From the NCBI GenBank assembly GCA_951406725.2, contig OX597838.1, positions 3,906,001-3,970,000 of the forward strand: DNA of 64,000 nt. The letters are read 5' to 3'. Shown here piece by piece: positions 28,214 to 42,843 of the stretch. The DNA comes from Octopus vulgaris. Taxonomy: Eukaryota. Under the pieces are notes generated by a model. It was not told where the DNA came from. It saw nothing but the letters and a program-made list of their open reading frames with translations, and made no database searches. Every line of letters begins with the position of its first letter. Within the stretch, counting starts at the first letter, position 1. The position numbers were made by a program, and so were the translations under genes.

Positions 28214-28359
28214 TTACCAACCACATAGTTCCGGGTTCAGTCCCACTGCGTGGCATCTTGAGCAGGTGTCTTCTGCTATAGTCTCGGGCCGACCAATGCC
28301 TTGTGAGTGGATTTGGTAGACAGAAACTGAAAGAAGCCTGTCGTATATATGTATATACG

Positions 28360-28390
<31 letters not shown>

Positions 28391-28895
28391 ATATGTCTGT
28401 GTGTGTATATGTTTGTGTGTCTGTGTTTGTCCCCCTAGCATTGCTTGACAAACGATGCTGGTGTGTTTACGTCACCGTCAATTAGCAGTTCGACAAAAGA
28501 GACCGATAGAATAAGTACTGGGCTTACAAAGAATAAGTCCAGGGGTCGATTTGCTCGACTAAAGGCGGTGCTCCAGCATGGCCGCAGTCAAATGACTGAA
28601 ACAAGTTAAAGAGTTAAAGAGAGTATATATCTGTGTGTGTGAGTGTGTGTGTGTGTGTGTGTAAGTATGTATGTATATATGTATATATGTATATGTGTGT
28701 GTGTCTGTGTTTGCCCCCCACACCACCACTATCATCGCTTAACAACCGATGCCGGTATGTTTACGTCCCCGTAACTTAGCGGTTCGGCATAAGACACCGA
28801 TAGAATAAGTACTAGACGTACAAAGAATAAATCCTGGGGTCGATTTGTTTGACTAAAGGCGGTAGTCTAGCATGGCCGCTGACTGAAACAAATAA
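28214..28895 (+). mobile_element. SINE family 1 plus a second 3'-half copy
   Basis: Copy at 28214-28624; 3' half repeated at ~28700-28895. Confidence 0.9.
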
Positions 28896-28952
<57 letters not shown>

Positions 28953-30067
28953 GGTATGTATATATGTACATTTTGTTTTGTTTTAATTTGTGAGCTAAGA
29001 AGGCTACCAACTGTTTCATGAAAGAGAATATAGTAACAATTATCAAGCCTGCCATATGGGAACGCTGTATCAATCGCTCATACACAGCGTATGTGCTTTG
29101 TTTACTCGCTGAATTTGCTGCAGGATAGCGTCTAGCGAAATTCCTTAATAACGCTGTGTGTTAAAGAAAGTCATACACCAGACGAGACAACTCGCCTAGG
29201 ACCGAATCAAAGATCTTTCGCCATTATTCTGGCTTATCAATAGCACGCGCTTAGATCAAGCTGAAGATGAGCTGAATCTCTCTGGTCTATGGCGATGCCG
29301 AATTAGTGTGAAAATTATTTGATGGTGTGCCACGGCGATGCACATGCGAACGTAAATTGAATTACGAATTACAAGCAGCGCTAATAATGTAAACATTATC
29401 GATCCCACATTCAGAATGTATGTGTTTTTATTATACCCCGAATTAGCCGCAGGATAACGCCTACACACACACGCACGCAAACGTGCGCACACACATACAC
29501 ACACACACATACACAACGATTAGCAAATAATAAAAATTTAGTTGCTGTCAGTTCAAATCTTAACGAGCAGACTTACTAATGAAGCCGTTCCAGTCGTGAT
29601 CACCCCCATCTAATTTTTCACAAATAATGTATTTCTCAGGACCACGCAATGCGTATCCTTCACTTCCTCTGAATCCTTGTTTTATAATATGGCAAGGTGC
29701 AAATTTGGAAAATTTGGCTGCTATTTCTAACAGGTCGAACTCTTCTTGAAGACGTTCCCTCATTTAGTAACATACGGGTATGTGTATGCATGTATGTTAG
29801 CTGATGTACATGTTGTTGTGTGTGTCTATGTAGGTCCACCTCAGAAAGGGTCTGTCTGTGTTTGTGCGTGCTGGTGCGTGTATGTATGTTTGTGCTTAAA
29901 AAAAGGGAGACGTGTCTAAAATTACATTATGTTATGTCACCCATCTTCCATAAAACAATACGGTTGGTGGATTTAGGAAGATTTGGCTTTACCATTTCCA
30001 TCTTTGGTCTATTTATCTGCTACACTCCGTTTCAACCGGTTCCACCTTTGATCATCTTCAAGTATAG

Positions 30068-30157
<90 letters not shown>

Positions 30158-31644
30158 TAAGAGTATGTGTACTGAAAGGATCAAGCGAACACGCGAATTT
30201 TTCCGCATTCTTCTTTTGACAATCATCCGTAAAGTTGTACACGTTACACCCAGCCTCTGCTTTAAAGATAAAACTGCCCTTACATGCAAATAATTTCCCT
30301 TTTTCTATTAAGTTTTACCGATCGAAATCCCAGCAGTGCGGCGAAAATTTCCGTTTTTCAACCTTTCCACTTTAATTTACGTCAAATCATAAACTCCACA
30401 ACTCAACGACAAAACTCCACAGCAAACACACAACATAACAAAAAATGAACTCAACTTGGCACCAATAAACAACACAAACAAATACAGGGTACAGCTTCAC
30501 ACACACACACATTCCGCTTCTCCTTCCACTTCTTCCATTTCTTCTTCTCCTTCTTCTTCTCCTTCTCCGTCCACTTCTCTTCTTCCGCCTTCTCCTCCTA
30601 CACCTCGCTCTTGCTGTGACACATTGTGAAGTACAAAAACCAAATAAACCACATAACAATACATTACACTATACAACTACACACGAAACACAACAAACGA
30701 CACAACTCATCGACACACACACGCTCACACAACAGAATAGCATCACAACAAACAATACGTCTACACACTTGGCTACACAACATAACGCACTAACAAAAAT
30801 ACGCAACACAAGACGGAAATAACAACACAGGTACACTTAGCAACAAACCAAAGCATCTTTACCAAAGACAAAATAGAAACAACACACAACACATCACAAT
30901 AAAACAACAGAACACAAACAAACACAACACAAACTAACAACACACAAACACAACAAAAATTAACAATACGCAAACACAATACAAACACAATACAAATAAC
31001 ACAACACAAACTAACAACACGCAAACACAACACAAACACAACGCAAACTAACAACACACAAGCTAACAACAGACAAACATAACAGAAACGAAAACAACAC
31101 ACAAACAACACAAACTAACAACATGCAAACACAACAGAAACTGACAATACGCAAACACAATGCAAACACAACACAAACTAACAACACACAAACACAAGCA
31201 CTACACAAATTAACAACACAATTAAACAGAGCACATCAGTGTAACAACACCACAACACATACATACACCACCACTACCACCACCGTCACAACTACCACCG
31301 TCACAACTACGACGTAACAACAACCAGCGCAGAACGAAGCGAATCCAACACACGCTTTCTCCTCCTCCTCCACCTCCTTCTCCTCCACCTCCGTCCTCCT
31401 ACCACACCTTCATCCTTCTCTTCCTCTTACTCCTATTGTTACTACACTATCACACAACACTACTACCTCAAGGCTGAGTACTCACTCACCCCACTTCTCC
31501 CACCCACCCCCTTCTCCCTCCTCATCCTCCTTCCACCCACACCGACCAGACTTCTCTTCCTCCTCCTCCTCCTCCTCCTCTTTCGCCACCACTCGTAAAA
31601 ACTTTTGCTTCTGTTTCTCTTTGACAAAACCTCCTCCCACTTCC

Positions 31645-31685
<41 letters not shown>

Positions 31686-32569
31686 ACACACACAACAACA
31701 AACTGTGCCACCACTCCTATCCACCTGCCGCTACCACTACCTCTTTACGACTACCACCAGCTTCATTAACATAAACACCACTACCACTACTACTGCCACC
31801 ATCAGTATCGTGGCTACCTCCCACCACCACCACCACCACCACCACTCTTGTGGCACCCATCATTTCTATCGTAATCAACACCACCGCCACCATCACTATC
31901 CTAAAACCTACCACCGACAACAACCACAACAAAACCTCTAATTTAACCACCTCCTCCCACCACCACCACTACCACCGCCAGCACCACCACCACAATAACA
32001 AGTACAACCACCACCACCACTACCACCACCACCACCACCACCACTAACACCGCCACCACCATCACCCCCACAACAGTAACTACGACCATCACCACTGACA
32101 CCGCAACTACCACCACCACTGCAACCACTACCACCACCACCACCGTCACTGCTATAAGTAACATCGTGCCCATGGCCATCACCACATGGAGGAGTCTCTA
32201 CGAAATCGTTGAATCTGTTAGAAATAGCAGCCAAAACACCCCTTTGAAAGTTTACCGAAATTCCTGCCTTATTTCTGTTAAAAGCAAAAAGAACCCAATG
32301 GCCGCACTATTTTTTTTATTACTGGCATAAAATGAAAAAAGTGTGGTGGTCGTGGTTGCAGTGTCTTTGATTGTAGGTCAGGGAACCTGGGACTAAATGA
32401 ATAACAACAACATTAACTCCCCCCACCACACACACACACACACCACCACCACCACCACTCACCACAACCACCACCACCACCACTAACCACTGCTTCCATC
32501 AACAATATCCACACCAGCAACCTACCGTCATCATTGCTTGTAGGCTTCCCTTTGTCTCTCTCTTCCTTC

Positions 32570-32719
<150 letters not shown>

Positions 32720-33364
32720 TAGACCTCTCTCTCTGTCTTTCTCTCCACTCACAGTCCCCCTTTCCCCCTCTCTGTATCTCTCTGGCTGTCTCCTCGTCCA
32801 TCTTTCATCCTCTCCCACTACTCCTCCCACTAGCCACTTCAATTCCTATATATGCATGTGTACATGTGTGTGTCTATGTGTGTCTTTCTCTCAGCGTGTA
32901 TGTGCCTTTGTAGATCAAAGTGTGTTTGTGTGTTTGCGTATATGTATGTCAGTTTATATGTGTGTTTATCCATCTGCGTCTATGAGTTTATGTGTGTGAG
33001 AGTATATGTACTTTTGTGCATCTGTGAGTGTCGGCGTACATACATCTTTGTCTATATATGTATGTATGTATATGTATGTCTCTGTATGTGCGTGCGTGTG
33101 TGTATTTGTGTCAGTGTGTAATTTACCCGTTTGTTTCTCATAAGTTGCCTCATCATTCCTGTTATTATTGTGTTTAATGGACTGAGAGGGAGGATGACCG
33201 ACTGATGGAAGGGCAAAACATTAAGCGCTTTTACTTTCTACAGCCTCTGGTACTGATTCGGGGTATTTGGCACCTCTCATTCGCAGACAGACAGACAGAC
33301 AGATCGATCGATAGACAGACAGACAGACAGACACACACACAGACAGACAGACAGACAGACAGAC

Positions 33365-33408
<44 letters not shown>

Positions 33409-33421
33409 CGATTGATCGATC

Positions 33422-33471
<50 letters not shown>

Positions 33472-33594
33472 TAGATAGATAGATAGATAGATAGATGCAT
33501 GCATACATATACATACATACATACATACATAATACAGACATACACATACACACATACATAGGCTGGACACATACAGACACACAGATACACATAC

Positions 33595-33932
33595 ACACTT
33601 TTCGACTTTAAACACAAGGCCCGAAATTTTGGGGAAAGGGGCCAGTCGATTAGATCGACCCTAGTACGCAACTGGTACTTAATTTATCGACCCCGAAAGG
33701 ATGAAAGGCAAAGTCGACCTCGGCGGAATTTGAACTCAGAACATAAAGACAGACGAGATGCCGCTATTTCGCCCGGCGTGCTAACGTTTCTGCCAGCTCG
33801 CCGCCGAGGTCGACTTTGCTTTTCATCCTTCTGCAGTCGATAAATTCAGTACCAGTTACGCACTGGGGTCGATCTAGTCGATTGCTCCCCCCTCCCCCAA
33901 AATTTCGGGCCTTGTGCCTAGAGTAGAAAAAA
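33595..33932. mobile_element. Fold-back pair of SINE family 2
   Basis: Minus copy 33595-33805 joined at ccgcc microhomology to a headless plus copy 33801-33932. Confidence 0.85.
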
Positions 33933-33959
33933 ACACTGGTTAACGTTCATACTCGGTAA

Positions 33960-34240
33960 GGAACAGTGTAGCAGGAAGCGCGCGGATTGGTTAAATATCC
34001 ACGCACGTGACTGTGAAGAGCAAGCGAACAGAAGTGGACGCACATCACTTGGCGTAACCGTAAATAACGCGGCGTGCCGCTGCTGCCGCCGCCGTCACCA
34101 CGTGTCACCGGTCGCACAAAACAAACAACACGGCGATGCGTGCAAAGGAACGGACGACGCAAGTTTGACGCGTATGACGTACGCTTCGCATGCAACGGCG
34201 CCTCGCTACGAACGTACAGGGTTTCGGAGACCTAACCATG
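33960..34240. promoter_or_regulatory. CpG-dense unique island (candidate promoter/enhancer)
   Basis: Abundant CpG; ATTGG 33986, CACGTG at 34004 and 34099, TGACGT 34175. Confidence 0.4.
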
Positions 34241-34302
34241 AATAACATCAAGAATCTTGCAAAACGAATATATAAACGTACATACATACATACATACATA
34301 CA

Positions 34303-34899
<597 letters not shown>

Positions 34900-35006
34900 T
34901 ATATATATATAATGATAAAAATGGTAAGACAACAAAAGAAAGAAAGAGACCTCGATGTTATGTAAATAGAGAAATTTATCTGTAAATGCCTTTTTTCCGA
35001 TGGCCA

Positions 35007-35067
35007 GATAACTGAAGAGATGGCGGCGTGAATTTCCACCTCAGCATCCGAAACTCGGAGTTTTATC
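35007..35067 (+). ncRNA. Type I hammerhead motif, family B, canonical core
   Basis: gataa-CTGAAGA-gatg(22 nt)catc-c-GAAA-ctc(g)gag-T-T-ttatc. Confidence 0.7.
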
Positions 35068-35102
35068 ATGGCTACCGAATAATTGTCACATATTACATTT
35101 AC

Positions 35103-35200
<98 letters not shown>

Positions 35201-35442
35201 TAATAGTTATCGCCAAGCGAACCTGGCAGTCCAGAAATATAGGACGAATGCTGCCGTTGATTAGCTCCAAGAGGCCATCGCCTCTAGCTAGCTATGTGAC
35301 TCACGAACCTGTGTCCATTATAACCTTCGAACAGTGGGGGTCAGCCGCTTCTCCTCGCTGGTCTGGCATCTACAGACTAGTTTCAGGGTATTTGCCCCTT
35401 ATTAATGTAGAGCAGCCAAAAACTGCAAAAATATCACAGAAA

Positions 35443-35543
35443 CTGTTGCTCAAAGTTTCACGTTTCCGGTCGTCGAACAGCTTTATTTAGATTCTCTCAA
35501 CAAAAGCGTCCGATGAACGGGAACGTGAAACTCTGAGTAGCAG
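35443..35543. ncRNA. Divergent pair of hammerhead motifs, family C
   Basis: Plus 35506-35543: CCGATGA-acg(ggaa)cgt-GAAA-ctc(t)gag-T-A with decayed stem I; minus 35443-35480: degenerate core with ctgt/acag stem I. Confidence 0.6.
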
Positions 35544-35859
35544 ATTTGGTGACATTTTTGCTGCTTTTCAATAAAACATATTACTCTATAAATTGTTTCA
35601 TGTATAAAGTCAACACTTCATTTATAGGTTGTGTCAATATATTATCTGTTTATATATTTGTCTCCGAATATTTTTTCAAAGAAAGATACTCGAAGATAAA
35701 GCTATAGTCATAAGTTAATTGTGCTATTATCAATTTTAATCGCCTGTTAATAGGACATTATACCAACAACACAATGATAATAATCTATGATCTTCAACAG
35801 ATGAAACGATAATATATATACATATACACGCATATATACATACATATATATATATATAT

Positions 35860-35996
<137 letters not shown>

Positions 35997-36079
35997 GACT
36001 CACATAAATAGATATAATACAGCAAAATACACACATATCTATATAGAATTTTAAATTCATATAATGTGTATTTGTGTGC

Positions 36080-36124
<45 letters not shown>

Positions 36125-36129
36125 ATGTA

Positions 36130-36346
36130 TAGCCGCGTGCGTAGCTGTGTGGTAAAACGTTTGCTTCTCAACTACATGGTTCTGGGTTCGGTCTCACTGC
36201 GTGACACCTTGGGCAAGTGTCTTCTATTATAGCCTCGAGCCTTGTGAGTGGATTTGGTAGGTTACGGGGACGTAAACACACCACCATCGGTTGTCAAGCG
36301 ATGTTGAAGGGGGGGGGGCAAACACAGACACACAAACATATACACA

Positions 36347-36402
<56 letters not shown>

Positions 36403-36565
36403 TATGACGGGCTTCTTTCAGTTTCCGTCTACCAAATCCACTTACAGGGCTTTGGTCGGCCCAAGGCTACATTAGAAGACACTTGCCCAAGGGGCCACGC
36501 AGTGTGAATGAACCCGGAACCTTGTGGTTGGTAAGCAAGCTACTTACCACACAGCCACTCCTGCG
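36130..36565. mobile_element. Two SINE family 1 pieces fused in opposite orientation
   Basis: Plus head 36130-36260 abuts minus copy 36261-36565. Confidence 0.85.
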
Positions 36566-36674
36566 TGGTTATAATATGAACAATTTTTACATGATGCTGC
36601 AGAAATTATTTTCTACGTTTTGTACAATATATATCTATTATTCTATAATATGAATAGTATTCGACAGTGACTTC

Positions 36675-36721
36675 GACAGTCCGATGAGGGTGAAGTAGAC
36701 CGAAACTTCGAAGTTACTGTC
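36675..36721 (+). ncRNA. Minimal type I hammerhead motif, family D (U4->C variant)
   Basis: gacagt-CCGATGA-g-ggt(gaagtag)acc-GAAA-cttcgaag-T-T-actgtc; 6-bp stem I, palindromic stem III; preceded by an inverted fragment of its own 3' half. Confidence 0.72.
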
Positions 36722-36754
36722 AGTGCTACTCTTGTTAAAGTATTATAAATATAT

Positions 36755-37152
36755 GTGTGGCTGTGTGGTAAGTAGCTTGCTAACCAACCACATGGTTCAG
36801 GGTTCAGTCCCACTGCGTGGCACCTTGGGCAAGTGTCTTCTACTATAGCCCCGGGCCGACCAATGCCTTATGAGTGGATTTGGTAGACGGAAACTGAAAG
36901 AAGCCCGACGTATATATGTATATATATATATATGTGTTTGTGTGTCTGTGTTTGTCCCCCTAGCATTGCTTGACAACCGATGCTGGCGTGTTTATGTCCC
37001 CGTCACTTAGCGGTTCGGCAAAACAGACCGATAGAATAAGTACTGGGCTTACAAAGAATAAGTCCTTGGGTCTAGTTGCTCGACTAAAGGCGGTGCTCCA
37101 GCATGGCCGCAGTCAAATGACTGAAACAAGTAAAGGAGTAAAAGAGTAAAAG
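36755..37152 (+). mobile_element. SINE family 1, near full length
   Basis: Consensus match with (gagtaaaa) tail. Confidence 0.93.
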
Positions 37153-37781
37153 AGATATATGTACACACGCGCACACGCAAACACACACACATATGCAATT
37201 TATGTGTGTATATGTATTTACGTATCTTTGTATGTATGTATGAGTATGTGCGTGCGAACGTGTGTGTGTAGATATCTCTTGTGAAGCTAATCAATTCTAT
37301 CCCCCCTGCTACGACATTATCATGATGTCGTCAACCGCCAACTCTCGGAGTGTGGGTGGGCCATTCTGAGATCTCTGGAGATTCCATTATGTCAGTAGGG
37401 GTCTCCAGTCACTTCTTCTAACATTGTAGTCAATTGGAATGGTCTCCTACGACCCTTCTTACACAATATAACTAATACTGACGGAGGGTAAGGGGGAGAG
37501 GGATGGGGGAAGGAGGCAGAATTGATTTCAGTTTTATTTATCTAACCCCAATCGAAAAAAAGGGACAAATTTGGTCCCTCGACAGGATTTGAACTCAGCG
37601 CGCAGAAACACGGGAGAAAAATTCCGCAAGGCAATCTATCTGATGCAGGGCTGGATTAAGACCCATAGAGGCCCTAAACACTTAAAAGGTTTTGGTGCCC
37701 TTAAGTATATGTAAATGGTTCAAAATGTAAACAAAATAGGGCGTGGGTTCGTATCTCACTTCTGACAGATGACAGCTTATA

Positions 37782-38180
37782 GGCGTAGGGGTGGCTGTGT
37801 GGTAAGTAGCTTACTTACCGACCAGATGGTTCCGGGTTCAGTCCCACTGCGTGGCACATTGGGAAAGTGTCTACTGCTATAGCCTCGGGCCGACCAAAGC
37901 CTTGTGAGTGGATTTGGTAGACGGAAACTGAAAGAAGCCCGTCGTATATATATGTATGTGTGTGTGTGTGTGTCTGCGTTTGTCCGCCCAACATCGCTTG
38001 ACAACCGGTGCTGGTGTGTTTACGTCCCCGTAACTTAGCGGTTCGGCTTAAGAGACCGATAACATAAGTACTAGGCTTACAAAGAATAAGACCTCGGGTC
38101 GTTTTGCTCGACTAAAGGCGGTGCTCCAGCATGGCCGCAGTCAAATGACTGAAACAAGTAAAAGAGTGAGAGTAAAGAGT
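37782..38180 (+). mobile_element. SINE family 1, full length
   Basis: Consensus match. Confidence 0.93.
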
Positions 38181-38591
38181 ATGGTTATACTGCAGTATTT
38201 GAAATAAGGAACTAAGTTGGAATTACGGAAATGTACTTGCATAGCAAGTGACCTGATCTGAGATTGTGTGCTGGAACGAAAACAATTGCGGCGTGGAAGG
38301 TTACGCTGTAAACAACCTGAACACAATAGAACGCAATAGAAAGACATAATTGTAATGTTTAAAATGATGAAACAATGTAATGATGATCTATTTCTAGCAG
38401 GGTTCTTAGTGGTGGCCGCACGCACGGTTTCTGTGTATAGTGTTTACGTTTGAATATCAAAAGACTGACTTGACGCTTCCAACCGCATCCGCCGTACAAC
38501 TCCTTCGCCGTATCCGCCAAACAGGCGAAGATCTACCCGCTCTTCCTTGCAAAATAAAGACGTCGGGTTGGGGGTCCAATAACAACAACAA

Positions 38592-38593
<2 letters not shown>

Positions 38594-38653
<60 letters not shown>

Positions 38654-38698
38654 ATTGGGAAAATGCTCGGCAAGAAATGGAAACAAAATTGAAAGAAG

Positions 38699-38756
<58 letters not shown>

Positions 38757-38820
38757 TAATAACAACAACAACACCAACAACACCAACAACAACAACAATA
38801 ACAATAACAATAATAATAAT
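38594..38820. repeat. (TAG)n and (AAT/AAC)n microsatellites
   Basis: Direct observation. Confidence 0.95.
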
Positions 38821-39887
38821 GAACCTTATCTTTTAAAAATATAGCTTTGATATGGGACTCTTACTGCTAGAAAAAAGTTTCCCGTTAGATGTCAAACTCA
38901 TCCTTGGCGCCATATTATCTCACGTGACCGTGACGTAGCGAAACCGAAACTGATATTAAATACGGAGAGGAAGGATATCTGGGCTGTTATTAATATCTCA
39001 CTGTGAAACTGTTCCCTAACCTCGAAACCAGTTAACAAGAACCTCGCCTGCCCCTACTCCGGGCCGCCGTGAGATTTTAATCAAAAGCTTGCTATAACAA
39101 CAATAAACAATAAAATCAACAAAAAACCCTTTTCTTCTCTTCCTCTTCATCTTCCTCTTTCTCCTCCTCTTCCTCCTCTTATTCTTCATATTCCTCTTCT
39201 GTTTCCAATATTCACCTGCTCCTTCTCATACACACACGCACACACACACACGCACACACTAACACACACAGATACTCACACATACACACACGCAGATACT
39301 GAGATACACAGACTCACACATACATACGCGTAGATATACAGACACACACACACACACACACACACGCACAAATACACACACGCTCACTCACTCAAATATG
39401 CACACACACAAATACACACACGCACAAACACACACACACAGAAATACTCACACATACAGACACGCACATACACACGTACACACACGCAGATACTCAGATA
39501 CATAGATACTCACACACATACATACATACGCACAAATATACAGAGACACACACACACACGCACAAATAGACACACACACGAGCACAAATACACACACGCT
39601 CACTCACTCAAATATGCACACACACAAATACACACACATACACAGAGATATACTGGCATTCAGACATACAGACACACACAGACATACATACATATCGTCC
39701 TTCACAGATATCTACACATAGATATACAGACACACACACACACACACACACGGAATAATAATCCTTTTGAAATTTGAGCCATGTTTGTTGAGATTAGAGA
39801 TAGGAAGTTTGGTTTGAGGGGACGAAGAGATGGCCTAAGAAAGTGTGTGTCCCTTTGTGAAACTAGGAAATGAAACCTTGTTGGGGG

Positions 39888-39932
<45 letters not shown>

Positions 39933-40019
39933 CGTGTATGCATATATATGTAGATAAGCAGAGATAGATAAATTGTCACACAGAGAGACAAACAAATATC
40001 GCCTCAAGACACTTTCAAA

Positions 40020-40432
40020 GGAGTCGTGTGGTTTCTAGCTTGCTTACCAACCACATGGTTCCGGGTTCAGTCCCACTGCGTGGCACCTTGGCCAAGTGTA
40101 TTCTACTATAGCCTCGGGCCGACCAAAGCCTTGTGAGTGGATTTAGTAGACGGAAACTGAAGGAAGCCCGTCGTATATATGTATATATATATATATATGT
40201 GTGTGTGCGTGTGTGTGTGTTTGTGTGGTCTGTGTTTGTCCCCCTAGCATTGCTTGACAACCGATGCTGGTGTGTTTACGTCCCCGTCACTTAGCGGTTC
40301 GGCAAAAGAGACCGATAGAATAAGTACTGGGCTTACAAAAGAATAAGTCCCGGGGTCGAGTTGTTCGATTAAAGGCGGTGCTCCAGCATGGCCGCAGTCA
40401 AAATGACTGAAACAAGTAAAAGAGTAAAAGAG
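40020..40432 (+). mobile_element. SINE family 1, near full length
   Basis: Consensus match. Confidence 0.93.
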
Positions 40433-40734
40433 TATTTATTTTATTAAAAATGCAAAACAATGCCACGGAGGAATCGACGTACGTTTAAGTAATTAATGAA
40501 CCGCGATATAACGAGGTATAAGTAATTTAATTAATAAATGATTTTTAATATGGCGATTGATTTTTTTTTTTTTTCAGTATATTTATTTATACAATGAATA
40601 CGAGTTTTATATAGAAATTATAAGTTATAATTGGATAAATTTGTGCCAGCATCTGCGGTTATACATATAATTTAAATTATAAACAGAGCAAATTTTAGCC
40701 ATTTCTCCGTGGACTGAAAAAGAAACGATGAGCA

Positions 40735-40777
40735 ACCTTAATCGATTTTCGAACCTTATTGAGTTCTCATCAGAGGC
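40735..40777 (-). ncRNA. Canonical minimal type I hammerhead ribozyme motif
   Basis: Minus strand gcct-CTGATGA-gaac(tcaataag)gttc-GAAA-atcgat-T-A-aggt; all core nucleotides present, palindromic stem III aatcgatt. Confidence 0.8.
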
Positions 40778-40964
40778 GTCTACATCATTCTGACAGTCTC
40801 CAGAGAAACAAGCAGCCAAACTGTTCATATACTCAACAAATGCAGCAGTTACTCTATGAAAGAGTCCCTAATTTGCATACCGAAAGTGTTTAAATATCAT
40901 TATTATTATTATTATTTATAGGATTGAGGTAACTCCTCCAGAAGATATAGAAGTTTCTATATCA

Positions 40965-41143
40965 GACGGATTAAGTCGATTACATCGACCCCAGTGCGTA
41001 ACTGGTACTTAATTTATCGACCCCGAAAGGATGAAAGGCAAAGTCGACCTCGGCGGAATTTGAACTCGAAACGTAACGGCAGACGAAATACCACTAAGCA
41101 GTTCGCCCCGGCGTGCTAACGATTCTGCCAGCTTGACGCCTTT
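40965..41143 (-). mobile_element. SINE family 2
   Basis: Near identical to cores in 8530-9328. Confidence 0.9.
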
Positions 41144-41752
41144 AAAATTTTATGATATTAATTAGTTAATGAGGAGAGCAAAACCATTAATTGCGGGCTG
41201 CACTTGGATTTAGTCTATTAAACCCCGTTAATCACGCACACACACACACACACTCGCACACGACCCCCACCTCCAACTACAGCCTCTCCAAACAACATAT
41301 CTATTTGCCGTGAGCCTATAAAGGGGCCCCCTCAAAGAGGTCGCTTGACCAGCATAATTGGCCGCTAAATTTCTTTCAGATGATACTCCTACTGCTGAAT
41401 AATGTGGTAGACGAGATGGCCACTTTGGAACGTCTTAAAAAGACGGGATGATCACGACTGAAACGACTTCGGTGACTGGTCTACTGGATCAGGGATGAGC
41501 CCCGGGATAAAACAACAACAAAAACAGTGTTTATCTGTTCTGATCGATTGATGTGAGTCAGTGCGCGGTCGTTTGTCCTGTTAGAAGTAGCTGCCTAATC
41601 TCCCTCAAATCTGACCCCGACAGTATTAAAGAAAGTGAGAAGTAAGGACACACAGACACACACACACACACATTATATATCTAACCCCAACCTCGCTCCT
41701 TTGCCATGTCTTTTGTTCCCATATTCATTATTTGATGCTGGACATTAAACGA

Positions 41753-42009
41753 CATCGTCATCATCATCATCGTCATCGTCATCATCATCATCATCATCGC
41801 CGTCGATATCATCGTTGTCAATAACATCAATTTGGATAAAACGCCGTATTAGAAAAGAACTAATCATCGTCATCATCGTCGTCATCAACATCAGCATCAT
41901 CAACATCAACATCAACATCATCATCATCGTCATCATCGTTATCATCATCATCATCGTCGTCATCGTCATCATCATCATCTTCATCAGCATCATCATCATC
42001 AACATCATC

Positions 42010-42064
<55 letters not shown>

Positions 42065-42087
42065 ACATCATCATCTTCATCATCATC

Positions 42088-42172
<85 letters not shown>

Positions 42173-42180
42173 ACATCATT

Positions 42181-42213
<33 letters not shown>

Positions 42214-42220
42214 GTCATCA
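41753..42220. repeat. (ATC)n microsatellite
   Basis: Direct observation; gives poly-Met/poly-Ile ORFs. Confidence 0.95.
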
Positions 42221-42300
42221 TTACCGCCGCCACCACAATACCATCGCCATAATCCCTATCATCGCCATCACCCTCCTCACCACCAGCACCATCACTACCT

Positions 42301-42345
<45 letters not shown>

Positions 42346-42652
42346 CACTACTACTTGTACTACATCTAGAGGGCCTCATTAACCACCGCGTACTCATCAC
42401 CGACAGATATCGCCACCAGTCCTCCTCTCCTCAGCTCCCCACTCCTATCTTCCAAACCTCCACCCTCATCGCCCCAGATTCCCCCAGCATCAACACCACC
42501 ATCATTCCCACCACCACCACCACCACCACCAGCAACATCCATTCCGTACGATAATTTAACCGTTATCTTACTTATCAGTGTAGTCACACTCCATAATACA
42601 CGCGCATACAACCACTCACCCCCTCACATGTGTGTGTGTGTATGTGTGTGTA

Positions 42653-42713
<61 letters not shown>

Positions 42714-42801
42714 GTGTATGTACATATATATATGTATATATATGTGTATGTATATAAATAATATTATATATATGTATGTACGTGTATATATATGTATATA
42801 T

Positions 42802-42843
<42 letters not shown>

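Noticed and set aside
29000-29470. Unique block inspected for exon or known miRNA
   Set aside because: Stops follow the apparent acceptor in all frames; no recognisable mature miRNA or long hairpin
38440-38844. 134-aa ORF with poly-S/poly-N
   Set aside because: Non-ATG start, dominated by (TAG)n/(AAT)n, no splice or homology support
40625-40855. Minus-strand peptide VTAAFVEYMNSLAACF...IRFENRL, superficially like an M13 peptidase helix
   Set aside because: No good splice donor, no companion exons, and the segment is better explained by the hammerhead at 40735-40777
41745-42252. Poly-Met / poly-Ile ORFs
   Set aside because: (ATC)n repeat read in different frames
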